NCBI RefSeq assembly: GCF_006345805.1
Contig: NC_043024.1
Span: 12,524,001 to 12,588,000, forward strand
DNA from: Octopus sinensis
Taxonomy: Eukaryota
Length of the DNA stretch: 64,000 nt
Direction of reading: 5' to 3'
The notes under the pieces were generated by a model. That model worked only from the letters and a program-made list of their open reading frames with translations. It did no database searches and was not told where the DNA came from. This document shows, one piece after another, positions 24,933 through 36,671 of this stretch. The stretch's first letter is position 1; each line of letters begins with the position of its first letter. The position numbers were made by a program, and so were the translations under genes.

Positions 24933-25442
24933 TATATATATGTGTGTGTGTGTGTGTGTGTTTATATACGAATATCAATAAATGTATTAATTCGGTGTGT
25001 ATTTATTTATCTATTTATCTACATACCTACCTATATATATATATAATCGTATGAATTCACACAAACACGAACACATTCGTATACACACAGTCAAAGGCAA
25101 ACCTACCTATATACATACATACCTACATACATACATACCTACATACATACATACATACATACATACAACGCACTAACTATACTCACAAGCATACACGCAA
25201 GAACAAAAAAGAATCGTAAAAATACCCATGACCTGCCCTAGAGGTGGGTACCAGAATTTTGGTCAGGGTCAGGTGTCAGGGGTCAAGAGTCAGGCACCAG
25301 CTCCTGGGGTTTTGGCATTGATTCAGAAGACTTTGTCCAGGTTAAGTCGAATGATTGCATTTGCTGTGTAGTTATATGACGTGTTACCTCTACCACAAGG
25401 ATTTGTGCGATCGCTTGTGTATATATGTGTGTGTGTATGTAA

Positions 25443-25499
<57 letters not shown>

Positions 25500-25809
25500 C
25501 ATATACACGTCCATCTACAGTTGCATATGTATGCGTATATATATATAGGACGAGAGAGAGAGAGAGAATCAATTTGAACATATATGGGTTAGGTTGACAA
25601 TTAAAAAATATATATACACGCACGCATGTACGCGCGCACACACATACACTCCCAAAAAACGTTCACATTGACACACTGACATGCTTACGTGCACGTACAC
25701 ATATTTATATATTTACATATATACAGACGCACATGAAAACATTCATATATGTATATACATACATACATGCATGCATACATAGATGCACACACATATATGT
25801 GTGTGTATG

Positions 25810-26007
25810 TATATATATATTATTTACATATATATATATATTATTTACATATATATATATATATTATTTACATATAATATATATATATTATTTACATATT
25901 ATATATATATATTATTTACATATATATATATATATATTATTTACATATTATATATATATATATATATTATTTACATATATATTATATTATATATATATAT
26001 TATTTAC

Positions 26008-26051
<44 letters not shown>

Positions 26052-27410
26052 TTACATATATATATATATATATATTACATATATATATATATTATTTACA
26101 CTATATATATATATTATATATATATATATTTATTTACATATATATATATTATTTATATATATTATATATATATATATATATATTATTTACAATATATATA
26201 TATATAATATTATTTACATATAATATATATATTATTTACATATTATATATATTATTTACATATATATATATATATTATTTACATATATATAATTATTTAC
26301 ATATATATATATTATTTACATATATATATATATTATTTACATATATATATATATTATTATTTACATATATATATATATTATTCATATATATATATATATT
26401 ATTTACATATATATATATTTATTTACATATATAGTATATATTATTTACATAATATATATAATATATATATTATTTACACATATATTATATATATATATAA
26501 TTATATATTATTACATATATATATATATATAATATTATTTTACATATATATATATATATATATATATTATTACAATATAGTATATATATATATATATATT
26601 TACATATATATATATATATATATAATTACATATATATATATATTATTTACATATATATATATTATTTACATATATATATATATATTATATATATTATTTA
26701 CATATATATTTAGATATATATTATATACATATATATATATATATATATTATATTACATATATATATATATATTATTTACATATATATATATATATTATTT
26801 ACATATATATATATATATTACATATATATATATATATCATATATTATTTTACATTTACATATATATATATATTATTTACATATATATATATATTATTTAC
26901 ATATATATATATATTATTTACATATATATATATATATTATTATTTACATATATATTATATATATTATTTACATATATATATATATATATTATTTACATAT
27001 ATAATATATTATTTACATATATATATATTATTTACATATATATATATATTATTACATATATATATATATATATATTATTTACATATATATATATTATATA
27101 TTATTTACATATATATATATATTATTTACATATATGTATATTATTTACATATATATATATTATTTACATATATATATATATTATTTACATATATATATAT
27201 ATATTATTTACATATATATATATATATTATTTACATATATATATATATATATTATTTACATATATATATATTATTATTTACATATATATATATTATATAT
27301 TATTTACATATTATATATATCTTATTTACATATATTATATATACATATATATATAATTATTACATAATATATATATATATATATATATATTATTTACATA
27401 TATATATATA
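25810..27410. repeat. AT minisatellite of variable (TA)n-TTATTTACA units
   Basis: About 1.6 kb of ATATATATTATTTACAT-type units; the same unit resumes after the LINE at 30600. Confidence 0.92.
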
Positions 27411-27413
27411 TCT

Positions 27414-27569
27414 TTTTTGTGCATGGCACAAAAAATTATTGTTCAGCAGCTGACCTGGCTACAAGCACAAAGCTGGAACTACCACCACATAAGGCCACCT
27501 CCAACAGATGCAGGATGGCCAGCACAGACACCAACACCAAGACACACACCACAAAAATATTTCTACTGA
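27414..27569 (+). CDS. Putative C-terminal remnant of LINE ORF1 overlapping the ORF2 start
   Basis: FLCMAQKIIVQQLTWLQAQSWNYHHIRPPPTDAGWPAQTPTPRHTPQKYFY*, Q/P-rich, in a different frame. Overlaps the ORF2 ATG (27515) by 55 nt. Confidence 0.5.
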   Translation, partial: FLCMAQKIIVQQLTWLQAQSWNYHHIRPPPTDAGWPAQTPTPRHTPQKYFY

Positions 27570-30524
27570 ATGTAGGAGGGCTGCTGCGCGGAAACTGTAA
27601 AAAGAAAATTTCATTCCTGAGAGACCTTGTGACATGCAATCAAGCTATATGCATGGCACTCACAGAAACGCATCTTGAACCCGATATAGGTGATGCAGAA
27701 ATACACATGCCGCAATATGCAGTCATACGCACAGATAGAAAAGGGAGGAGCCATGGTGGAGTTGCAATGTACATCCGAGATGACCTCACGCCCCATGTCC
27801 TGCGGTCATATTCAAACTCAGTATGTGAAACTCAAATTGTACACATAAGACAACTGAATATCGTCATATGCACTACATATCGCCCACCAGATGCCCCAAA
27901 ACACTCAGGCATGTTTGAAGACTGCCTAACAAAAATAGGGGAAGTCCTCACCAACCTTGAACAGCACAACAGTGTATTCTTCATGGGTGACTTTAACCTC
28001 CCCAATGTGGAATGGCCTGGGGGGCAGATGCCCAGGGATGACACACCATCAGCAGGCACAGGTGGAGTCCCTGCTCCATCTCACAAATGCCTCTTTCATG
28101 GAGCAAATAGTTCTGCAACCAACAAGGGCAGATAATATACTGGATCTCTGCTTCACAAACAATATGGATATTATCCATAATGTTAATGTGATGCCGACAA
28201 TGATCTCGGATCACAACATAATAGAGCTGTCTATGTATGGAACAAAAGCCCCCGCAGACACACAGCCTATACGAAGCACCCACCATCTCTCCAACTTAAA
28301 CTTTCATAAAGCCAAGTGGAAGTTGATTGAGAAAGAGATCCTCAAACAGGATTGTCCTGAATGTCTCTCCACACCGGACATAAACATGAAACACAAACAC
28401 TTCATGTCCATAATACAAGCCATATGTGACAAATATGTCCCAGTGTGCAGGGCCAGCACACACAAGAACAAAAACAGGATCCCTAGAGAAAGGAGGATTC
28501 TTATGAGACGACGGACAAGGATTGCAAACCGCCTGAGCAAGCACACCAAAAGTGGTGAGAAGTCTCGGCTCGAAAGAATGCAAATGGAAACTGAGAAAAG
28601 TCTACATCAGTCCCATGAAAAGGAGAGAGCAGATAAAGAAGCTTGGGTAATAGAAAATATAAAATCAAACCCTAAAGCTTTCTTTAAGTTTGCCAAAGAG
28701 ACAGCCACAGTGCACCAGAGAATAGGACCTCTCTTCCAAAAAGATGGCTCTCTCACAGGAAATCCCACGAGGATAAGTGAAATACTGAACGAACAGTTCG
28801 AAAGTGTGTTCACTACACCTCTAGGACACAGGCAAGTAAACAACCCAGAAGAATTCTTTGCCACTTTACCTGCGGCCAAAGAGACAAAAATTGAGTACAT
28901 CAACATTGAAGATGATGATATCACACTAGCCATTGAAGAGATTGACACAAACCCCGCTGCTGGACCTGATGGATTCCCAGCGATCCTTCTCAAATCGTGC
29001 AAACGAGCCCTTGCAAAACCGCTACAGCTTCTTTTTCAGAGCTTTCTTGCAAGTGGTAAGCTCCCAGTCAAATTGAAAGAGGGGGTAATATGCCCTATCC
29101 ATAAGGGAGGTAGCAGAGAAGATGCTAAAAATTATAGGCCTATCTCTCTGACCTCACACATCAGCAAAGTCATGGAACGAATAGTCCGTAAGAAACTAAT
29201 CATGTTCCTTGAAGAAAATGACTTGATGTCTGACACCCAGCATGGATTTCGACCAGGTAGAGGCTGCCTAACACAGCTCCTGCAACACTATGACTGGGTG
29301 TTGAAACAGCTACTAAATGGCTCAAATGTGGATGTAATATATCTCGACTTTGCAAAAGCCTTTGATAAAGTCGACCATGGTATGATCTGTCACAAACTGC
29401 GTGGTCTCGGCATAGGCGGGAAACTTGGAGAGTGGCTGCACAACTTCCTAAAAGACAGAAAACAGGCAGTTGTGAGCAATGGAGCCACCTCCAAGGAAAC
29501 GCAAATAACAAGCGGTGTCCCACAGGGCACTGTCTTGGGGCCACTGATGTTCATAGTGGCCCTTTCAGACATGCCTTCAGTTGCTACGATGACCACCCTT
29601 GCTAGCTATGCAGATGACACAAAAGTCTCCCACGCAATACAAAACCCTGAAAATATTGCGCATCTGCAACATGAGCTGGACACAATATACAGGTGGGCTG
29701 AGGACAACAACATGCAGTTTAATGCAGGTAAGTTCCAGGCCCTGCGCTATTGGCACACAAAGGTAAATGACGTGAAGACTGGATACACTGGCCCAGGAAG
29801 AATTGCAATCCCTGAGTCAAAATCAGTGCGTGACCTGGGCATTGACATGAGCAATGATGCATCTTTCCAAATGCCTATTGCTAATCTGGTGATAAAATGC
29901 AGACGGCTAGCTGGATGGATTCTCCGAACTTTCAGAACAAGAGAGAAGGAGACACTGATGGTCCTATGGAAAACATTCGTCCTCAGCCGCTTGGACTACT
30001 GCTCCCAACTTTGGTCACCACACAATATAAAACAAACAGCAGAACTCGAAGCAATTCAGAGAAGCTACACAAAGAAAATCGTCTCAATGCAAAATATCAG
30101 CTACTGGGAAAGACTGAAGGTATTAAACCTCTTCTCCCTAGAGCGGAGGCGGGAGAGATATGCAGTGATATACATCTGGAAAATCCTGGAGGGTCTTGTC
30201 CCAAACTTTGGCATTCAAAGTTACTCCAACCGCAGAACAGGGCGCCGCTGCGTGGTGCCAAGGATTCCAACATCACCATCAAAATACAGGTCCAGATACT
30301 GCAACAGCTTGGGTTTCAGAGGACCACAGCTCTTTAACATCCTCCCTAAATGCCTGAGAGACTTACATGGTGTGGATGTGGGTTTCTTTAAAACTAAACT
30401 GGATCTCTTCTTGTTGGGAGTCCAGATGAACCTACCTCACGACAGGAGAGACGCGGATGCGGGAGCAGCATCGAACTCCCTTGTTGATCAAGTGCCACGT
30501 ATCAGAGGTGGATTCACAAACTAG
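27515..30524 (+). CDS. LINE ORF2 (AP endonuclease + reverse transcriptase), frameshift near 28019-28033
   Basis: APE: LLNVGGL, LTETHL, GGVAMY, YRPP, MGDFN, SDH. RT: NYRPISLTS, QHGFRPGR, YLDFAKAFDKVDH, GVPQGTVLGP, YADDT. C-term YWERLKVLNLFSLERRR. No in-frame stops apart from the frame change. Confidence 0.93.
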
Positions 30525-30600
30525 TGTAGCTCATTCAGCGGTGGTGCCCCAGCATGGCCGCGGCCTTCGGGCTAAAACATTTTTAAGGATTTAAGGATTT

Positions 30601-30617
30601 ATATATATATTATTTAC

Positions 30618-30659
<42 letters not shown>

Positions 30660-30834
30660 TACAAAATTAGAAAATAGAGAAACATACTTAAATCAATCAA
30701 ACATCAACCATCAGATAATACCCAATCAATACTTTATTACACCATTACATAACAGTAAGGCATTATACAAAATATATTGTAAATATAATTAGACAAGGAA
30801 ATAGAAATATAAAATATAATATATGATTTACATA

Positions 30835-30872
<38 letters not shown>

Positions 30873-30906
30873 ACATAAATATTATATATATATATATATT
30901 AATTAC

Positions 30907-30945
<39 letters not shown>
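30601..30945. repeat. Continuation of the AT/TTACAT minisatellite downstream of the LINE
   Basis: TATTATTTACATAAATATATA units resume right after the LINE tail. Confidence 0.75.
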
Positions 30946-31122
30946 AAAATAGTAATGAAAAGATTACGCGCGTTTTATGTCTATATTTAACATTTATTGT
31001 ACTTTATTTATTTTTGAATAAGGTTTTTATAGTATATTATGATAAGAGATGCTGTGAATATATAGTATATTGTGTGAATAACATGTGAAAGTTCCTTGTA
31101 AAACATATATATATATATATGT

Positions 31123-31177
<55 letters not shown>

Positions 31178-31289
31178 CGGGCTTCTTTTAGTTTCTTTCC
31201 GCCTACCAAATCCACTCACACTTGCCCAAGGTGCCACGCAGTGGGACTGAACCCAGCTGTTTTAACAGCATACAGCATGGTTCATGCTG

Positions 31290-31366
<77 letters not shown>

Positions 31367-32372
31367 GATAGAGAGAGAATGTATATATATATATATATAT
31401 GAAGTTATCGGGCCGATATAGGAGTAGACAGAGAAGGACATATGTGAAGAAATAGATTATTCGATAAAAGCGGTTGTTTAGGCAGATAAATAAATAGAGA
31501 AATATGTAGAACAATCGATACGGACCAATAGAAAGTTAGGTGGGGAGGGGGTGCAAGAAACTCACCTTCTTTTACATCTGTTCCTGTATATTGACACCGA
31601 AACAATCAATCTATTGACAAACTATCTAACCATATTGCAATTTTATGATAAATATTCTGTAAAGCACCCAGACTTGTTCCGAAGCACTGCTTAAAAATCG
31701 ACATCTGGTCCTTGTGTTCAATTCTTTTTTGTTTACGAGTGTCCGTTATGTGTCAAGAATTGGATGAGAATCTTTGGATTGAAGGCGGCCCATGATTTAT
31801 CGTAATTGCTCATGTTTTCCTTTCGCCAGTCACTGGTCTTGAGAAAATAGTTCCAACAAACATACAGACACACATACAACCATACAAACATAATGCATAT
31901 ATACATACACACATGTATGTACTGCGTAGCTCGTTCAAATTCTGATGGTGTTACGGCGCGCCGTCAGTAGACCGCCCGTGTTCCAAGCATTTTTAAAACT
32001 GAAGATGTCCACCATTACGCATGTTTCATCAAGTATATAATAATGTATATATATATATATTTGTATCAATGTGAAACATTTCGCTTTTACAGTTTAAGAA
32101 ATCAACGTATGATTTCTACGATAATCTTATAAACTGAACAGGTTAGTTGTGTTTAACCCAAGGCTCTAGGTGAGAGTCATTGACAAGCATTAACAAAAAT
32201 GCGAAATGACTGTGATCTGGCTATGCCTGGACTGGATTGCCTGAGGAAACACAAGGAGAAGCCTGAGGAGAGCAGAGGGTAAAATCTGAAGGTGGACGAG
32301 CTTTATACTGTACTCTACTAGGTTCTTAACGGAATACACCATAACATATATATATATATAATATATATATAT

Positions 32373-32742
32373 ATAGGAGGGATGACCTGTAAGTGGACAC
32401 CCATTATGTTAGAAGATCCGCTATGGTCTTACCACTAAGAAAGGAATGTTCTCAAGAATATTTAGCAAACGCCAGAACGTATGTTGTGAGCAAGACAACT
32501 GAAAAGATACAAAATATAAAGATATAATCAGAGACCAGGTTTCGTTGTTAAGGCTTACATTAGCCTTAACAACGAAACCGGGTTTCTGAGTAATCTATAT
32601 TTTGTATCTTTTCATTTGTCTTGCTCACATACGTTCTGGCGTTTGCTAAATTTTCTTGAGAACATTTCTTTCTTAGTGGTAAGACCATAGCGGATCTTCT
32701 TCTAGCATAATGGATGTCCACATACAAGTCATCCCTCTTATA
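32373..32742. mobile_element. About 370-bp foldback (fully palindromic) element
   Basis: Left arm (GGAGGGATGAC..GTGGACA..AGATCCGCTATGGTCTTACCACTAAGAAAG..GTTTCGTTGTTAAGGCT) pairs with the right arm along its whole length. Loop TACATT at 32556-32561; TA-rich flanks. Confidence 0.88.
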
Positions 32743-32898
32743 TGTATGTAATATAATTATTTCTGAAACTTCAGAGTTTTCAATATGTTAGACCACTGGT
32801 TTTAAATTAATATTCATCAAATTAATATTCAATTTTTCACCCTTATTTTTTTAAATTTATATATATATATATATATATATATATCTGTATGTATGTAT

Positions 32899-33030
32899 TC
32901 ATACCGTTTACTTGTTTTAGACGTTTTAACTGCGACCATACTGGAGCACGGCCTTGAAGGGTTTTTAGTCGAACAAATCGACCCCAGGACTTATATTTCA
33001 AAGCCTACTACTTATTCTGTCAGACTCTTT
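32899..33030 (-). mobile_element. SINE family 1, 3' fragment
   Basis: TTACTTGTTTTAG..CTGCGACCATACTGGAGCAC..GTCGAACAAATCGACCCCAGGAC. Confidence 0.75.
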
Positions 33031-33039
33031 TGCGCGCTC

Positions 33040-33056
33040 GCGCGAATATATATATA

Positions 33057-33122
<66 letters not shown>

Positions 33123-33227
33123 TTATATTGAAATGTAAAATATATAATCTATATAATGCACATATAATATATAAATGATATCTATCTATCTATTCATCTC
33201 TCTGTCTGTCTGTTACGCTCTGAATTC

Positions 33228-33314
<87 letters not shown>

Positions 33315-34095
33315 GGTGTGTGCATTTGTGTGTGTGTGTTTATTTGTGTGTGTGTGTGTGTGTGTGTGTGTATTTGTGTGTGTGTGTGTTAGTGCATGTG
33401 TATCTCTGTGTATGTATGTATAATAATTTAGAAAATGAATAAATTAAAATAAAGTAAATAATATGAAAGTGGAAAAAAAAAAAGCAGTGCCCCCCCACCC
33501 AGTAAGTGTATTTTTTGAGCCAGAATATTTCAAGTGTGAATAGAGAGAGGTATTTCGAAGGCAGCACATCGATAATATGCTGTGCAGAGAATTATTTTTC
33601 GTCTTTTCCAGTCTGGTGAATAAATTGAAAAAATATGTAAATAAGTATGTATGTATATGCATGTATGTATGTATGTATGTATGTATGTATGTATGTGTGT
33701 GTGTATGTATGTATGTGTGTGTATGTATGTATGTATGTGTGTGTATGTATGTATGCGTGTGTGTGTATGTATGTATGTGTATGTATGTATGTGCATGTAT
33801 ATGTCCGAGTGTGCGCACATGGATGCATTTTGTAAGAGTGTATCTATGGAAACACACACACACATTCACACGACCGCACACACACACACACTCACACACG
33901 CACACACACATGCATATAGATGCGTTTATCTATTTCTGTATGCACATAAACACGCATACACATATGCGCGTGTATGGATTGGCACATACATGTTCACCAA
34001 AGCATCAATACGTATATACATACGTATATAAGTACACATACGCACATGCATACACACACACACATATATACATACACACACATACACACACATGG
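33040..34095. repeat. Compound TA/TG/TATG/CA microsatellite field with short unique interruptions
   Basis: Seen directly. Confidence 0.8.
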
Positions 34096-34450
34096 AAAGA
34101 GGGAGGGAGTGAAAGAAAGAGACAAAACTATTTGTATATACGTGTCTACGTATCTACTTCAACATTTATGTCCATATTTACACACAACTCAAGTACATAA
34201 TCGTTGCTATTATGTTAAACTGTCGTATGTCCGAATTTAGCCAAATGCGCTTTTTTCAATATTGATTTCTGCTTACAATAGCCGGTTCGTTTGGTCAAAC
34301 TATCCTACCTCCAGCTGCTTCACATGCCAATATATCCAAAATTGCCCAAGTGTAGTTACTATGGAATGGTGAAACTATGTTTTCACCAAGCAAAAATGTT
34401 AGCTGAAAATCTCTCCAAGAGATCAACGCAGTAGTTGTACTCACAAGTAA

Positions 34451-34625
34451 TATTTGTAGCCATTTTAACATGGCCGTCCGTTCGAACGGACTCTACTGCG
34501 ATTTTTTAACCCCAAGAGCACATCTCAGCTATACATCGTTAACCAGCTAGACGAGATGTCTTCGGGTTAAAAATTCGCAGTAGATTCCGCTCGAACGGAC
34601 AGCCATGTTAAAGTGGCTACGAATA
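34451..34625. mobile_element. Foldback MITE (about 175 bp)
   Basis: TATTTGTAGCCATTTTAACATGGCCGTCCGTTCGAACGGA.TCTACTGCGA.TTTTTAACC is inverted at 34560-34625. Confidence 0.85.
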
Positions 34626-34899
34626 TAACTGTTTTCGTTTTCTGAAAAAAGCTGCATTTTGAATTTAAGACACTGGCAAAATCCTTTCTATTGTGGACAG
34701 AAGGCCTGAAACTTTGTTGGAGGGAACTACTCTTCTTCTTCTTCTTCTTGTGATGATGTTGATGATAATGATGATGATGATGATGTCTTCTTTTGGTATG
34801 ACTGAGGATTTGTAACAGAGAGATAGTATGTTTGTTGTACTATTTACAATACTACTTTTTACACCGAGATAAAATAATGATAACAACAACAACAACAAT

Positions 34900-35802
34900 A
34901 ATAATAAGATGCTTAAAGCTCATGGAAAACCATGTAAGACGTAAGAAGCTTCATTCTGTTATGAAGAAGAGCAAAAACTTTTCGAGTGAGTTTATGCATA
35001 ACACTCAGGTTGAACAGCATGATGGAAGTGCAGCAGCTGCAGTTGCAAAGAAGGTGAAATCAATAGAAAAGCAAAATGCATTTGAACAATTGGCTGATAG
35101 GTGGGAGCAAAAACCCCTGCATGGCAAATATGTGGCCCGTAGCTCACAAGAAGTTGTAGACCAAAAGCACACCCATAAGTTGCTACGAAGCTCAGGGCTA
35201 AAGACAGAGAGTGAAGGCTTTATATTGGCAGCTCAAGAACAGAGCTTATTTACTATGAAGCCAATGGGATGAAAAATGGTGTAGACCCAAAGTGCCATAC
35301 TGCAACGATGGGATAGAAAAGGTGGACCACCTAATCTCCGGGTGTAAGGTTTTAGCACCTGTAGAGTATAAATCAAGACGTGACAGAGTTAGCCAATATC
35401 TACATTGGATGATATGTCGGCATTATAGAATGAAAACTGCTGACAAATGGTACAAGCACCACTCTGGGGCTGTAAATGAGGGAGAAAATGTAAGTATTCA
35501 TTGGGACTTCTGAGTATGTACAGGCCGGACCATCAAAGCAAACGAACCAGGTATTGTTGTGAAATACAAAAACAATAAAGCCTGTTTATCGATTGATATG
35601 AGCGTACCTTGTGACCATAATATCTCAGCAAAAGAATTTGCTAAGCTCAGAAAATACAAAGATTTGCTAATCGAAATCGAAAAGATGTGGCATCTCAAAA
35701 TGGTTACAATACCAGTAATTGTAGGAGCACTTGGAATGATCAAAAAAGAAACTGAAAATGAATGATCCCTGGCTTGCCATCCATGCCTGAAGTACAAAAG
35801 AG
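34900..35802 (+). mobile_element. Decayed R4/Dong-clade retrotransposon fragment (CCHC + restriction-like endonuclease)
   Basis: WEQKPLHGKY..LKTESEGFILAAQEQSL..C.YCNDGIEKVDHLISGCKVLAPVEYKSRRDRV..IHWDF..IKANEPGIVV..IDMSVPCDHN..KYKDLLIEIEKMWHLK..IPVIVGALG. Preceded by (AAC)(AAT) repeats. Confidence 0.88.
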
Positions 35803-36213
35803 AATTGTCGCTGTGAGTTGTCTTTCCTTTTTCCCCTCCTGTATTTTATTTGTTTACTTTTTTGTATTTTTTTCCTTTTTCTCTCTGTATTTCCCCTTGT
35901 CTCTATCACAAGGCTTTGTAAATGAACAATCTGATGTGTGTATTTTAATGATCTACCAATGTATACAGTACGCTTCTCTGGCCTAGGTGTTGGGAAGACA
36001 CTCGGCAAGAAACGGAAACAGAACTGAAAGAGGATGCTAATGAAATAATAACAGATGCCGAAATATCGTTCAACCAATTCCACAAGACAACTATGACACT
36101 CTTCTATCAGTCTACTTCATTTTCTTTTTAAGATTATAAAGGACTGAGGTAACTCCTCCAGAAGTTACAGAGAAATAATAATAATAATAATATAATAATA
36201 ATAATAATAATAT

Positions 36214-36628
36214 AGGCGCAGGAATGGCTGTGTGGTAAGTAGATTGTTTACTAGCCATATGGTTCCGGGTTCAGTCCCACTGCGTGGCACCTTGGGCAAG
36301 TGTCTTCTACTATAGCCTCGGGCCGACCAAAGCCTTGTGACTGGATTTGGTAGATGGAAACTGAAAGAAACCTGTCGTATATATGTATATATATATATGT
36401 GTGTGTGTTTGTGTATCTGTGTTTGTCCCCCTAGCATTGCTTGACAACCGATGCTGGTGTGTTTATGTCCCCGTCACTTAGCGGTTCGGCAAAAGAGACC
36501 GATAGGATAAGTACTGGGCTTACAAAGAATAAGTCCCGGGGTCGAGTTGCTCGATTAAAGGCGGTGCTCCAGCATGGCCGCAGTCAAATGACTGAAACAA
36601 GTAAAAAGTGTAAAAAAGAGTAAGAAAG
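36214..36628 (+). mobile_element. SINE family 1, full length, close to consensus
   Basis: AGGCGCAGGAATGGCTGTGTGGTAAG head through GGCGGTGCTCCAGCATGGCCGCAGTCAAATGACTGAAACAAG tail; (AAT)n on both sides. Confidence 0.93.

Positions 36629-36671
<43 letters not shown>

Larger units (their letters stand above)
27413..30600 (+). mobile_element. Near-intact, 5'-truncated CR1-type LINE (ORF1 tail, ORF2, 3' UTR, (TTTAAGGA)n tail)
   Basis: APE and RT motifs intact (see ORF2). Short 3' UTR with GGTGCCCCAGCATGGCCGC ends TTTTTAAGGATTTAAGGATTT. Confidence 0.95.

Noticed and set aside
32199-32278. Short ATG-initiated frame MRNDCDLAMPGLDCLRKHKEKPEESR with a GG|gtaaaa donor
   Set aside because: Too short, no promoter evidence, no downstream exon identified, no homology recognised.
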